A stretch of DNA of 64,000 nucleotides, taken from the NCBI GenBank assembly GCA_964437185.1, contig CAYTFU010000002.1:41296-105295 (forward strand), written 5' to 3'. How positions within the stretch are numbered: position 1 is the first letter of the stretch; each line of letters opens with the position of its first letter. Shown one piece after another: positions 9,811 to 19,923 of this stretch. The stretch is from an uncultured Candidatus Saccharibacteria bacterium (lineage in GTDB: Bacteria; Patescibacteriota; Minisyncoccia; Phycocordibacterales; UBA2100). A program made the translations under genes and the position numbers. The notes below the pieces were generated by a model. The model was not told the origin of the DNA, searched no databases, and was given only the letters and a program-made list of their open reading frames with translations.

Positions 9811-11094
9811 CTAGATTCGCAGCAGTTTCTGCAAGGCGGCTTTGTGGAGGTGGGGGCCGATGATAGCGAGGTTAAGTGAGGAAGTTTTGAGGATGTCATT
9901 CGCGACGCGCGCTATGTCGTCGGATGTTACTTTGTCCACGCCCTTCAATATTTCATCAAGAGGGCGTATGCGACCGAGGTTTATGAGCGAAGTGGTGGCA
10001 TTTTGAGCAATTTCATCGCTCGTCTCGAGCGAGAGCGTCATGGTGCCCTTAATGTACGACTTGGCTTTGCGAAGCTCCTCCGCCGAAACTTTCCTCTTTT
10101 TGATTTTTCGGAATTCGGCGAGAATCGTTGAAATGGCTTTCTCCAGTTTGCCGTGCTCCACGCCCGCCTGAACGACGAAATACCCTGTATCGGGGTATTT
10201 GTCTGCCCACGCGTGCACGGAGTAGGCGAGGCCGCGTTTTTCACGAACTTCAAGAAAAAGTCGGCTGCTCATGCCGCCACCGAGAATCGTAGAAAGAACC
10301 GCGAGCGCGTATTCATCCTTGTGTGCGTACGGATACGCGGGCACTCCGACCATTAGTTGCGTCTGATCGGTTTTCTTCTCCTTAATCGCGATGCGTGGCG
10401 CAGTCTGTGTGCCAGAGTACGCGGCAAATGTCGGCGCTGGTGCAGGCTTTAGTTGACCGAATTCCTTCTTTATTTTCGCCAAAACCTTTGCGCTGGAAAA
10501 ATTGCCGGCGATACAGACCACCGTGTTTGCGGATACGTAATTGCGTTTCAGATAATCAGCAAAATCTTTGCGTGAAAAGGATCGAATATTTTCCTTGGGT
10601 CCGAGAATAGTCCGACCAAGCGCGTGATTACCAAAAATAAGAGCGTCGAATACGTTGTCGACCGTGCGCATCGGTATATCTTCATACATGTCGATTTCTT
10701 GGATGATTGCGCCACGCTCTTTCTTGATTTCAGCAGCAGGCAGAGTGGAATTGAGAAAAATGTCACCGATCACATCGAGCGCCGTATCGACGTATTGTCG
10801 ACTCACCTTCGCGAAATAGGCAGTGCGATCTTTGGAGGTAAATGCGTTATATACAGCGCCCACGCCATCAAGCTCTTCGCTTACAGCGCGCGCCGACGGG
10901 CGCTTCTTTGTGCCTTTAAAAAACATGTGCTCAAGAAAGTGTGCGAGGCCGTTTTCGCGCTCGTTTTCGTACCGAGAGCCGGTGCCGCTCATCACGACGA
11001 CGGTGGCGGTAGCGCTATCAGGCATCGGCGCAAGGACTACCCTGAGGCCATTTGGCAACGTGTGAAGGTCGTATTTCACCCCGTTAGAAGCCAT
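9811..11094 (-). CDS. M16 (pitrilysin/insulinase) family zinc peptidase
   Basis: HFLEHMFFKGT (HxxEH) motif in a 427 aa ORF with two-domain M16 architecture. Confidence 0.85.
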   Translation of the reverse strand: MASNGVKYDLHTLPNGLRVVLAPMPDSATATVVVMSGTGSRYENERENGLAHFLEHMFFKGTKKRPSARAVSEELDGVGAVYNAFTSKDRTAYFAKVSRQYVDTALDVIGDIFLNSTLPAAEIKKERGAIIQEIDMYEDIPMRTVDNVFDALIFGNHALGRTILGPKENIRSFSRKDFADYLKRNYVSANTVVCIAGNFSSAKVLAKIKKEFGQLKPAPAPTFAAYSGTQTAPRIAIKEKKTDQTQLMVGVPAYPYAHKDEYALAVLSTILGGGMSSRLFLEVREKRGLAYSVHAWADKYPDTGYFVVQAGVEHGKLEKAISTILAEFRKIKKRKVSAEELRKAKSYIKGTMTLSLETSDEIAQNATTSLINLGRIRPLDEILKGVDKVTSDDIARVANDILKTSSLNLAIIGPHLHKAALQKLLRI

Positions 11095-11226
11095 GGCATA
11101 TTGGTCTAGTACTCATATTAAAATATTGTGAATATTAATTAGGCGGCTTCTAACGGGGTTCTTCCGGTGAGCATAGTACCTTTCGCTCTGTTGCACAAAC
11201 GGAGCGGACGCGTTACGCTCTTTTGA

Positions 11227-13152
11227 ATGACTATCAATGAAATTCGAGCAAAATATTTTGAGTACTTTAAGAAAAACGGGCACACCATCATTCCCTCAGC
11301 CTCGGTAGTTCCGCAAAATGATCCGACTACGCTCTTCACCGGTTCGGGCATGCAACCACTCGTGCCATACCTCCTTGGGGAGCCGCATCCCGAAGGTAAC
11401 AGACTTGTAAATAGTCAAAAAAGTTTTCGCGCGGAGGATATAGAGGAGGTCGGCGACAACCGCCACACGACCTTTTTTGAGATGCTCGGCAATTGGTCGC
11501 TCGGAGATTACTTTAAGAGAGAGCAGTTGCCTTTCTTTTTTACATTTCTTACGGAGGAAATTGGTCTCGATCCGCAGAAGCTTTACGTTACGGCCTTTAT
11601 TGGAGACGAAAAAAACAGCGTCCCGCGTGATACTGAATCAGCAGAAGTTTGGACAAAACTCTTTGCGGAAAAAGGCATTGATGCAAAAGTCGTCGCGATA
11701 GGATCTGAGGCAGATGGATATCGTCTCGGAATGCAGGGCGGTCGGATATTCTACTATGAAGCAAGAAAGAATTGGTGGAGCAGAGCAGGAGTGCCAGAAA
11801 ATATGCCACCTGGCGAGCCCGGCGGACCGGATTCGGAAGTATTTTACGACTTCGAGACGCCCCACGATCCCAAATTCGGCGCCGAGTGCCATCCCAATTG
11901 CGATTGCGGCCGATTCTTGGAAATTGGGAATTCGGTATTTATGCAGTACATCAAGAAGCCTGACGGCTCGTTTGCGCTTTTACCGAAACAGAATGTGGAC
12001 TTTGGCGGTGGCCTTGAACGCATCGCGGCCGCAGCGCGAGGGAATCCTGACGTATTTCAAATCGATGTCTTTGCGGACGTCATCGGAATGCTCGAACATT
12101 TCTCGAAAAAAGATTATCTCGACAGCCGCTTCACGCGATCATTCCGTATCATCGCGGATCACATGCGCGCCGCCACCATCATGCTCGAAGCCGGAGTGCG
12201 GCCATCAAATACCGAGCGCGGTTACGTTCTCCGCCGCCTGCTCCGTCGCGCAGCACAGCACGCGCTAAAACTCGGCGTTGCCCGCGGACAAGAGGGAGAC
12301 AGCATGCTGGTGCGTTGCACCGTAAATTACATAGAAAAATACAAACAGGCGTACCCGGAGTTTTCTGGAGACGACGTGTATCAAATGATTTCAGAAGAGA
12401 TCTGGAAGGAAGAGCGACAGTTTGCGCGAACACTCGAAGCGGGCATGAAAGAATTTGAGAAGGTCGCCGAGGGCGGACACATATCGGGCGCGCAAGCTTC
12501 AGTGTTATTTACCACCCACGGTTTCCCGTTTGAGATGACGACTGAATTGGCGCATGAGCGAGGGATCGATGTCGACGAAGACGGCTTCAAAAACGAAATG
12601 AAGAAACACCAAGATCTTTCGCGTGCGGGCAGTGAGCAAAAGTTTAAGGGGGGACTCGCCGATACTTCGGAGCAAACGACGCGACTCCATACAACGCACC
12701 ACATTTTGCTGAAAGCTCTACAAATCGTCCTCGGGCCATCCGTCAAGCAGCGGGGAAGCAACATTACAAAAGAGCGCCTTCGTATCGACTTCTCGCATGG
12801 CGCGAAAATGACACCCGACCAGATTAAAGACGTCGAACGTATTGTGAACGAAAACATTCAAGAGCACCTCCCCATGATCCGCTCCACTCTTCCCAAAGAG
12901 GAGGCCGAAAAACTTGGTGCTGAGCATGAATTTGGTGCTAAGTACCCCGATGTCGTATCGGTGTATTCACTTGGCCCCGTGGGAGCTACCGTGGAGGATC
13001 CGCAGTTTGATCGCGCATTTTCCATCGAGTTCTGCGGAGGACCCCATGTCTCGAACACATCTCAGATCGAAGAAGGGGGGTTATTTAAAATTTTGAAAGA
13101 GGAGGCGGTAGCATCGGGCATCCGCCGCATCAAGGCGGTTTTGATAACATAG
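11227..13152 (+). CDS. alaS: alanyl-tRNA synthetase, short form lacking the C-Ala domain
   Basis: FTGSGMQP and FFEMLGNWSLGDYFK motifs; editing domain HTTHHIL and CGGPHV. The ORF ends right after the editing domain (641 aa). Confidence 0.93.
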   Translation: MTINEIRAKYFEYFKKNGHTIIPSASVVPQNDPTTLFTGSGMQPLVPYLLGEPHPEGNRLVNSQKSFRAEDIEEVGDNRHTTFFEMLGNWSLGDYFKREQLPFFFTFLTEEIGLDPQKLYVTAFIGDEKNSVPRDTESAEVWTKLFAEKGIDAKVVAIGSEADGYRLGMQGGRIFYYEARKNWWSRAGVPENMPPGEPGGPDSEVFYDFETPHDPKFGAECHPNCDCGRFLEIGNSVFMQYIKKPDGSFALLPKQNVDFGGGLERIAAAARGNPDVFQIDVFADVIGMLEHFSKKDYLDSRFTRSFRIIADHMRAATIMLEAGVRPSNTERGYVLRRLLRRAAQHALKLGVARGQEGDSMLVRCTVNYIEKYKQAYPEFSGDDVYQMISEEIWKEERQFARTLEAGMKEFEKVAEGGHISGAQASVLFTTHGFPFEMTTELAHERGIDVDEDGFKNEMKKHQDLSRAGSEQKFKGGLADTSEQTTRLHTTHHILLKALQIVLGPSVKQRGSNITKERLRIDFSHGAKMTPDQIKDVERIVNENIQEHLPMIRSTLPKEEAEKLGAEHEFGAKYPDVVSVYSLGPVGATVEDPQFDRAFSIEFCGGPHVSNTSQIEEGGLFKILKEEAVASGIRRIKAVLIT

Positions 13153-13185
13153 CTACTCACAGACCCGCAGAAATCGCGCACCTAT

Positions 13186-14370
13186 GTGGAGCGTGTTCGC
13201 GATATACTTGAGAGCATGCGAGGCTTGTTTGGAAAGCATTCACACGATAAAACAGTGGGCGTCATCCGGCTCGATGGCGAGGCGAGCGTTGCGATTGTGC
13301 GGCAGAGAGATGAAGTCCCCTCTGAAATTCTTGCTGCCGAGCTCAGTCCCGTCACATTTGAAGAGCGCCCTCCAGAGTCGGTCGCTGCGGGGACGCCCGC
13401 TATTTCTGCGGTCTTTGAGGCGATGCATACCAAGTACGCGGCACTCGTCGCTCGCGGAATTCCACCTGTGAGTGAGGTGCAGGTAACTCTCGGCGATCCA
13501 TGGAGCACATCAAAGGTCGTCCGCGCAACCAAAAAATTTGGTAGCGACGTCATCATTACCGAAAAAATGATTGCCGACCTCGCCAAAGAACTGCTCGCCG
13601 AAAATTCGACTAAAGATCAGGATCTATTCGAGGCCAGCGTCGTAAGAACGGAGTTGAATGGGTACAACTCTGGCAAGCCGGAGAGGAAACGTGCTCGGCA
13701 ACTCTCGCTTTCAGTGCTGATGAGCACATTTCAGAGTGGTTCCCGAGCGTCAGTACAGCGAATCGTTGAAAAACTCTTTCCACATGTCATTCCGACCTTT
13801 CGATCATCTATCCGCGCCAACACGACAGTGATTCAAGAGGTGATTCCTGACTCAAAAGATTACCTTATCGTAACGATCTTAAGCGGGGCCACAGCGTTCA
13901 CCGTAGTCCGCGACGGCACAATGGGTGAATCTTCGATATCAGAGATCGGGATGGCCAGCATCGTAAAAAGAATATCCGCGAGCGGAATGCCTGAAGAGAC
14001 TCTCACAACACTCAAGATGCTTGCACGAGATCAATGTTCAGAGCCCGCATGCGATATAATCCGTGCGTCTATGGGTACGATTGAGCCCGAGCTTGTGCGT
14101 GATTATGGCGAGGCACTCGGTAAGTGCGCATTTGAGCGGCGGGTACCCAACACGCTCGTGTTGTTATCACATCCCGATATATTGCCCTGGATGGCGCGCT
14201 TTTTTGCACGCATCGACTTTGCACAATTTACTCTCACGACACAACCCTTCGATGTGCGCGGGGTCCAAATTGGAGATCTGTCGAAATTGATTTCTCGAGC
14301 CGATGGGGTAGTGGTCGATTCGCCTTTGGCGACGGCATGCGGACTTGTCAACATCGAGGCGAGTCGGTAG
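13186..14370 (+). CDS. hypothetical cytoplasmic protein
   Basis: 394 aa ORF with a GTG start and no recognised motif. Weak resemblance to a degenerate actin/FtsA-PilM-like fold; speculative. Confidence 0.45.
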   Translation: MERVRDILESMRGLFGKHSHDKTVGVIRLDGEASVAIVRQRDEVPSEILAAELSPVTFEERPPESVAAGTPAISAVFEAMHTKYAALVARGIPPVSEVQVTLGDPWSTSKVVRATKKFGSDVIITEKMIADLAKELLAENSTKDQDLFEASVVRTELNGYNSGKPERKRARQLSLSVLMSTFQSGSRASVQRIVEKLFPHVIPTFRSSIRANTTVIQEVIPDSKDYLIVTILSGATAFTVVRDGTMGESSISEIGMASIVKRISASGMPEETLTTLKMLARDQCSEPACDIIRASMGTIEPELVRDYGEALGKCAFERRVPNTLVLLSHPDILPWMARFFARIDFAQFTLTTQPFDVRGVQIGDLSKLISRADGVVVDSPLATACGLVNIEASR

Positions 14371-14402
14371 GCTGGTCCTCGTTGTATACTCTCTTGTACA
14401 AT

Positions 14403-15791
14403 ATGGCCAAAGACTATTTCCAAGACATATTACCGCCTTCCGACGATTCCACGATCAGGTCTTCGGCGACTGGGCATGACGACCCGATCGCGGACACCGG
14501 TGCAGAGCAGGGGCGCAGCATTCGCGATATTCAACCGCCTGTGCGTCGTCCGGCGGCGCGCGTTACCACGATTCCGCCTCGCCCAAGTTCTCGAACTAAT
14601 GAATCGTTCGAAAACGGGGAGCCGATCCACAAAGTCTCGATGGTCAGGCACCTTACGTCGTGGTGGATATGGGTTCTTGCGGCAGTTGCCATTCTGACGA
14701 TCTCTGTTCTTCTTATTTTTGCCTACCGACCCACGACTATCACTCTCACCCCAAAGTCTCGCACCGTGACTCTCAATGAGACCGCATCCTTCACCGCGTT
14801 TCCGACTTCTGAGTCTTTCGATGGGCTTACATACACCACCCACGCTTTCGACATCGAAGATTCGGAAGTTATAGCCGCGCAGGGTACGAGGCATGTCGAA
14901 AGCAAGGCATCGGGCAGCGTGACCGTCTACAACGAGTATTCAGCAACCAGTGTCAAACTCATCAAAAACACGCGCTTCGAGACTCCCGATGGCCTCATTT
15001 TCAGGACTCCCGCAGACGTTGTCATTCCAGGCAAGTCTGGATCAACGCCTGGTCAGATCAGAATTACCGTGATTGCCGATAGTGCGGGAGAGAAATACAA
15101 TGTGGGGCCGATTTCCCGATTCACGCTTCCAGGTCTTAAATCTGGCGATATGTACTCCAAAGTCTACGCGAAATCCACCATCCCCATGAGCGGAGGAATA
15201 ATCGGTGAAGAGCCCGCAACCGCCCCAGGCGTCCTGACGTCTGCAATTTCCGCCGTTCGCGGCCGCCTCGCCGAAAAGGCGCGGGAGATGGCACTCGCGC
15301 AGTCAGGTGATTCAGGTACGACCTTTTTCCCGCAACTCGCACAAGTCACCTATCAGTCTCTTCCCAGCACCACCGAGGCAGGTTCCTCGGTTCGAATCCA
15401 TGAGCGTGCTCATGTAGAAATGCCCGCAATGCCGACCGATCAATTCGCGCATGCCATCGCGCGCGCGAGTGGCGAGGACGTCGCTCCGGGATCTATCCGA
15501 ATGCTTCCCCTCGACGGATTCACCGCGCGCATCGCGACAAGTTCTGCGATCGCGTTTGGTTCGGATGCGATTCCTTTTTCACTCGTAGGCGAAGTGCGCC
15601 TCATCTGGAACATCGACACGGCCGCTCTTTCAGCCGCAATCGCTGGCAGAGAAAGTGCTGCGTTTCAAACAGTGGTTGATGGTTTTTCCGGAATTCAGGA
15701 GGCCCGCGCGCGCATTATGCCCCCGTGGAGTAAATCGTTTCCGAGCAATGCGCTAGACATTCAGATCGTTCTGGCAGAGGTCTCTGAATGA
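14403..15791 (+). CDS. hypothetical single-pass membrane protein with large extracytoplasmic domain
   Basis: 462 aa from the internal ATG (MAKDYFQDILPP). Pro/Arg-rich N-terminus, then TM WWIWVLAAVAILTISVLLIFAY. Confidence 0.5.
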   Translation: MAKDYFQDILPPSDDSTIRSSATGHDDPIADTGAEQGRSIRDIQPPVRRPAARVTTIPPRPSSRTNESFENGEPIHKVSMVRHLTSWWIWVLAAVAILTISVLLIFAYRPTTITLTPKSRTVTLNETASFTAFPTSESFDGLTYTTHAFDIEDSEVIAAQGTRHVESKASGSVTVYNEYSATSVKLIKNTRFETPDGLIFRTPADVVIPGKSGSTPGQIRITVIADSAGEKYNVGPISRFTLPGLKSGDMYSKVYAKSTIPMSGGIIGEEPATAPGVLTSAISAVRGRLAEKAREMALAQSGDSGTTFFPQLAQVTYQSLPSTTEAGSSVRIHERAHVEMPAMPTDQFAHAIARASGEDVAPGSIRMLPLDGFTARIATSSAIAFGSDAIPFSLVGEVRLIWNIDTAALSAAIAGRESAAFQTVVDGFSGIQEARARIMPPWSKSFPSNALDIQIVLAEVSE

Positions 15792-15864
15792 CGCCACACA
15801 ACCCGATCACCCTCTGCCATGCACGCTTTCATTCTTCCGCATTCCCAGTTCGTCACCCAGTGAT

Positions 15865-15893
15865 TTGACTGATTATTGTTAAGCTGCTATATT
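15865..15893 (+). promoter_or_regulatory. sigma70-like promoter for the infA-ribosomal operon
   Basis: TTGACT, 17 nt spacer, TATATT, ending 16 nt upstream of the infA ATG. Confidence 0.45.
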
Positions 15894-15909
15894 TCTGAGC
15901 GCAGATCAT

Positions 15910-16116
15910 ATGTCAGAACCAGTGGTAGTAGGAGGAGTCGTCGATGAGGCGCTCCCCAATACGCTGTTTCGAATAAAGCTCGAAGACGGCGCAAATGTAC
16001 TCGCGTACCTTGCCGGCAAGATGCGACTGCATAGAATTAAAGTACTTGTTGGTGATCGTGTGGAGGTTCGCTTGGATCCATATGGAGGACGAGCGCGCAT
16101 CACAAGGCGCCTATAA
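15910..16116 (+). CDS. infA: translation initiation factor IF-1
   Basis: 68 aa with the S1-like pattern LPNTLFRIKLEDGANVLAYLAGKMR; synteny with rpmJ and rpsM. Confidence 0.93.
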   Translation: MSEPVVVGGVVDEALPNTLFRIKLEDGANVLAYLAGKMRLHRIKVLVGDRVEVRLDPYGGRARITRRL

Positions 16117-16134
16117 AATGTTTGAGATGTTTTC

Positions 16135-16248
16135 ATGAAAATTAAGTCATCCGTTAAAAAAATCTGTCCTCACTGCGAATCGGTGAAGCGAAAGGGTCGC
16201 TTGTGGGTCATCTGCAAGAATCCTCGCCATAAGCAGCGACAAGGATAA
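16135..16248 (+). CDS. rpmJ: 50S ribosomal protein L36
   Basis: Not in the ORF track (37 aa). [37 protein letters not shown] read directly from the DNA; canonical position. Confidence 0.9.
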   Translation: MKIKSSVKKICPHCESVKRKGRLWVICKNPRHKQRQG

Positions 16249-16258
16249 TCACATACTC

Positions 16259-16639
16259 ATGCGCATTGCCGGAATTACAATACCAGAAGAGAAAAGGCTC
16301 GAGATCGGGCTTACCGCGATTTACGGTGTCGGCCGCGCGCGCGCTCAGAGCACCCTTGCCGCTCTTTCTTTAGACTTCGGTATCAGACCAAAAGATCTGA
16401 CCGATAAGCAGGAGGGAGCGCTTCGAGATGCCATCGAGAAGTTCCAGCTGGAAGGGGAGTTGCGCCGCGATATCAGCAGCAACATTCGTCGCCTCAAAGA
16501 CATCAAGTCATACCGAGGCAGCCGCCACGCAAAGCACCTGCCAGCCCGCGGCCAGCGATCCAAGACCAACTCTCGGACAGTTCGCGGGAATGTGCGTAAA
16601 ACCATGACGAGCGGCAGACGTAAGTTGGAGAAGACATGA
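16259..16639 (+). CDS. rpsM: 30S ribosomal protein S13
   Basis: MRIAGITIP...LTAIYGVGR...YRGSRH pattern and synteny. Confidence 0.95.
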   Translation: MRIAGITIPEEKRLEIGLTAIYGVGRARAQSTLAALSLDFGIRPKDLTDKQEGALRDAIEKFQLEGELRRDISSNIRRLKDIKSYRGSRHAKHLPARGQRSKTNSRTVRGNVRKTMTSGRRKLEKT

Positions 16640-16653
16640 TGTAAATAATTTAT

Positions 16654-17088
16654 ATGGGAAAAAAACGAATCATACGAAAAAGCGGGGGCTCCGTAGACCA
16701 GGGACTGAAGTCACGTTCGCTTGCGCGCGTGGCCAAGAAAAACATCGTCGTTGGAACGCTGCATATTAATGCGACCTACAACAACACGAAGGTAATGCTC
16801 ACCGACCGCAACGGCAATGCTGTTGCGTGGTCGTCCTCTGGATCACTGGGATTTGCCGGCGCTAAAAAGGGCACGCCGTTTGCCGCTGCCAAAGTAGGGG
16901 AACTCGTCGGTGACAAAGCTGCGATTATTGGAATAAAAGAGGTGGATGTCATAATCCGCGGCGTAGGAGCTGGACGCGAGTCTGCGCTTCGAGGCTTTGC
17001 GGGAAAGGGCATCGAGGTGGTGCGCATTGCAGACGACACTCCCGTGCCTCACAATGGCCCCCGACCGCCTAAGCCGCGCCGAATATAA
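16654..17088 (+). CDS. rpsK: 30S ribosomal protein S11
   Basis: NNTKVMLTDRNGNAVAWSSSGSLGF...TPFAA...PHNGPRPPKPRR. Confidence 0.95.
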   Translation: MGKKRIIRKSGGSVDQGLKSRSLARVAKKNIVVGTLHINATYNNTKVMLTDRNGNAVAWSSSGSLGFAGAKKGTPFAAAKVGELVGDKAAIIGIKEVDVIIRGVGAGRESALRGFAGKGIEVVRIADDTPVPHNGPRPPKPRRI

Positions 17089-17090
17089 TT

Positions 17091-17705
17091 ATGTTGCTCA
17101 TCAAATCAAAGTACAAAATTGCGAAGCGGCTGGGGGCAGCGATATTTGAAAAAACGCAATCTCAGAAATTCGCACTTTCGGAAGCTCGATCGCCTCGCAA
17201 GACTCGCGGGGGACGCGGCGGAGGAAGTGACTACGGCAGACAATTGTTGGAGAAGCAGCGTGTTCGCTACACCTACGGCCTATCGGAAAAGCAACTCTCG
17301 CGGTATGCGCAGGCCGCGTTTGCCGAGCCGGATCCTTCAAAGAGCCTTCATACGCTACTCGAAATGCGCGCTGATTCGGTGGTGTACCGCGCCGGATTTG
17401 CACCCACTCGACGCGCCGCTCGGCAAATGGTATCGCACGGCCACGTCACGGTGAATGGTCGGAGAACTACCGTTCCGTCTCACCAGGTCCGAAAGGGAGA
17501 TGTGATCGGGGTGCGCGAAGGAAGCCGTGGAAGCGCCCTTTTCACCGTTCTTGCAGAGAAGAATTCTGAATCGCGACCCAACGTGCCCTCGTGGATCAAC
17601 GTTTCGGTTGAGAAACTCACCGCCGAGGTATCGGGCGTGCCGAGCTACAATGCCGTAGAAGCAGGCCTTGATTACGCAACAGTATTTGAGTTTTACAGCA
17701 GGTAG
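17091..17705 (+). CDS. rpsD: 30S ribosomal protein S4
   Basis: YGRQLLEKQ..., S4 domain VSHGHVTVNGRRTTVPSHQV, and synteny. Confidence 0.93.
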   Translation: MLLIKSKYKIAKRLGAAIFEKTQSQKFALSEARSPRKTRGGRGGGSDYGRQLLEKQRVRYTYGLSEKQLSRYAQAAFAEPDPSKSLHTLLEMRADSVVYRAGFAPTRRAARQMVSHGHVTVNGRRTTVPSHQVRKGDVIGVREGSRGSALFTVLAEKNSESRPNVPSWINVSVEKLTAEVSGVPSYNAVEAGLDYATVFEFYSR

Positions 17706-17754
17706 TGTATAATTGCGAACGATTTTTACTAGAACTTGACGAATTTTTAATTCT

Positions 17755-18732
17755 ATGTCCGATTACCACATCGCCCTCCCCAGCAAGCCACGAGTCGTAA
17801 GTGAATCAGAGAGAAATGGTATCTACGAGGTCGATGGCCTCTACCCAGGGTACGGATTCACACTCGGAAATTCGCTTCGTCGCATCATACTTTCGTCCCT
17901 CCCGGGCGCAGCAGTGACGCACGTCAAGATTCCAGGTGTATCTCATGAGTTTTCCACGATCGAAGGCGTGAAGGAGGATGTGGTTACGATTCTGCTCAAT
18001 ATTCGAAAAATACGATTTAAGATTCTGACGGACGAGCCTCAGAACATTACGCTCTCTATCAAGGGCCCGAAGGCGGTGACCGCCGCAGATCTCAAACTCC
18101 CCGGCCAGATAGAAGTCCTCAATCCTGATCAGCACATTGCCGATGTTACGGGCAAGGCCTCGTTTGAACTCGAGCTTCGTGCAGAGCGCGGGCTTGGCTA
18201 CATTCCTAAGGAGGCTCACCAAAAGGAGCGCGTAGAAATCGGCACCATCGCGCTTGATGCAATCTTTTCTCCGATTCGACGAGTGAACTACGAAGTGGAA
18301 AACATGCGCGTCGGTGACCGCACGGACTTCAACAGACTTCGCATTGTCATCGAGACCGACGGAACGCTCGCGCCGCGAACCGCTTTTGAAAACGCCATTG
18401 AAACTATGATTCACCAGCTTCGAGCCATTGTAGGCTTCAAGGAGGAAGAGATATCGGACACCCCATCGTCTGTTGAAATCGGCCGATCGTCGAGCAGAGA
18501 AGACCGTTCTGCGCCCGTGGATTCGGAGCAACTCAAGACTCGTATCACCGAACTCAACCTGCCTCAGCGCGTGGAAATGGCGCTCGATAACGCGTCTATC
18601 CGGACGGTCGGCGGCCTTGTGCGCAAGCGCGAAGACGACCTTCTCAGCATCGAGGGTCTCGGTCAGAAAGGACTTCAAGACATCAAGCGCGCGCTCTCAA
18701 ATATGGGTCTCACGCTTCGCACGGATAAGTAA
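17755..18732 (+). CDS. rpoA: DNA-directed RNA polymerase alpha subunit
   Basis: [23 protein letters not shown], with a C-terminal domain carrying the helix-hairpin-helix [14 protein letters not shown]. Confidence 0.95.
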   Translation: [325 protein letters not shown]

Positions 18733-18743
18733 ACGCTTTTGGT

Positions 18744-19097
18744 ATGCAGCATCACAATAAAAACAGAAAGCTGGGCCGAGAAAAGGGACAGCGCACGGCG
18801 CTTCTCAGAAGCCTCGCGCGATCCCTCGTGCTGCAAGAGGGCATTACGACAACCGTAGCGAAAGCGAAGGAGCTTCGGCCGTTCGTTGAGCGATTGGTGA
18901 CAGCGAGCAAGAATAATTCACTTGCTTCTCGTCGTACCATATCGAGTACGATGGGTGGCGCAGCGGATGTCGTGAAGAAGCTGCACAGCGATCTCGCCGT
19001 TCGGTATGCAGAGCGGGCGGGCGGATACACTCGGATCACACTCTTGGGCAAAGTCGGCAAGCGTGCGGTGGATTCGGCGCGAATTGAACTCGTCTAA
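18744..19097 (+). CDS. rplQ: 50S ribosomal protein L17
   Basis: HHNKNRKLGREKGQRTALLRSLA...GGYTRI. Confidence 0.94.
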   Translation: MQHHNKNRKLGREKGQRTALLRSLARSLVLQEGITTTVAKAKELRPFVERLVTASKNNSLASRRTISSTMGGAADVVKKLHSDLAVRYAERAGGYTRITLLGKVGKRAVDSARIELV

Positions 19098-19104
19098 TAA
19101 TAGT

Positions 19105-19458
19105 ATGGAGAAGCGAACACACACGATCGATGCAGCAGGCCGTACACTTGGCCGCATTGCCTCTGAAGCAGCGAAGGCGCTGATGGGTAAAATGTCTCCC
19201 GACTACACGCCGCACATTGACTCCGATATTAAGGTAACGATTACCAACGCGTCAAAAATGTATGTTCGAGACCGAAAGAGTCTTGCAACCATCTATACTA
19301 CCTACTCCGGTTTTCCTGGCGGACAGAAGCGTGAAAGCATGTCGTCGCTCGCAAAGCGCAAGGGCAGGGGGGAGGTAATTCGCCGCGCCGTCAGCCGAAT
19401 GTTGCCACGCAATACCATGCATACAGCTCGTTTGAAGAATTTATCGATTAGCGAATAG
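19105..19458 (+). CDS. rplM: 50S ribosomal protein L13
   Basis: Internal ATG of ORF 19006-19458. IDAAGRTLGRIASEAAKALMGK...MLPRN. Confidence 0.92.
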   Translation: MEKRTHTIDAAGRTLGRIASEAAKALMGKMSPDYTPHIDSDIKVTITNASKMYVRDRKSLATIYTTYSGFPGGQKRESMSSLAKRKGRGEVIRRAVSRMLPRNTMHTARLKNLSISE

Positions 19459-19501
19459 TTCGACGTGCTCACTATAAATAACTCAATAACCCTACATTTT
19501 T

Positions 19502-19897
19502 ATGGCAAAGGATAAGGAATACCGAGAGGCAGTTGGCCGACGAAAGACGGCCACAGCGCGCGTGCGAGTTGTACCCGCAAAGAGCGCTTCCATGATCGTC
19601 AACGGAAAAGATGCGGCATCGTATTTTCCGCTCGACATAATGGTAAAGACTGCGTATGCGCCGATGAAACTCTTGGGCGCTACCTATGCCGTGTCTGCGC
19701 ACGTGCGGGGCGGAGGCTTGAAAGCGCAAGCTGAGGCGGTGCGACACGGTTTGTCGCGCGTCATGAGCGAGATTGTACCTGAACAGCGCAAAGACCTGAA
19801 GATTAAGGGTTTTTTAAAGCGCGATCCGCGGGCAAAGGAGCGCAAGAAGTTTGGCTTGAAGGCGGCACGACGTGCCCCGCAGTGGTCGAAGCGCTAG
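19502..19897 (+). CDS. rpsI: 30S ribosomal protein S9
   Basis: GRRKTATARV...GGGLKAQAEAVRHGLSRV...KFGLKAARRAPQWSKR. Confidence 0.95.
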   Translation: MAKDKEYREAVGRRKTATARVRVVPAKSASMIVNGKDAASYFPLDIMVKTAYAPMKLLGATYAVSAHVRGGGLKAQAEAVRHGLSRVMSEIVPEQRKDLKIKGFLKRDPRAKERKKFGLKAARRAPQWSKR

Positions 19898-19923
19898 CTT
19901 CGAGCCTGCGTGAGGAGGGGGTC

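Noticed and set aside
15385-15405. GGTTCGAATCC T-loop-like motif suggesting a tRNA
   Set aside because: The flanks cannot form T-stem, acceptor or anticodon arms, and the motif sits in-frame inside the 14403-15791 CDS (SSVRIHE). No tRNA was found anywhere in the window.
17806-18678. 290-aa ORF antisense to rpoA
   Set aside because: It lies entirely inside the strongly supported rpoA gene on the opposite strand and has an Arg/Leu-rich shadow-ORF composition with no motifs.
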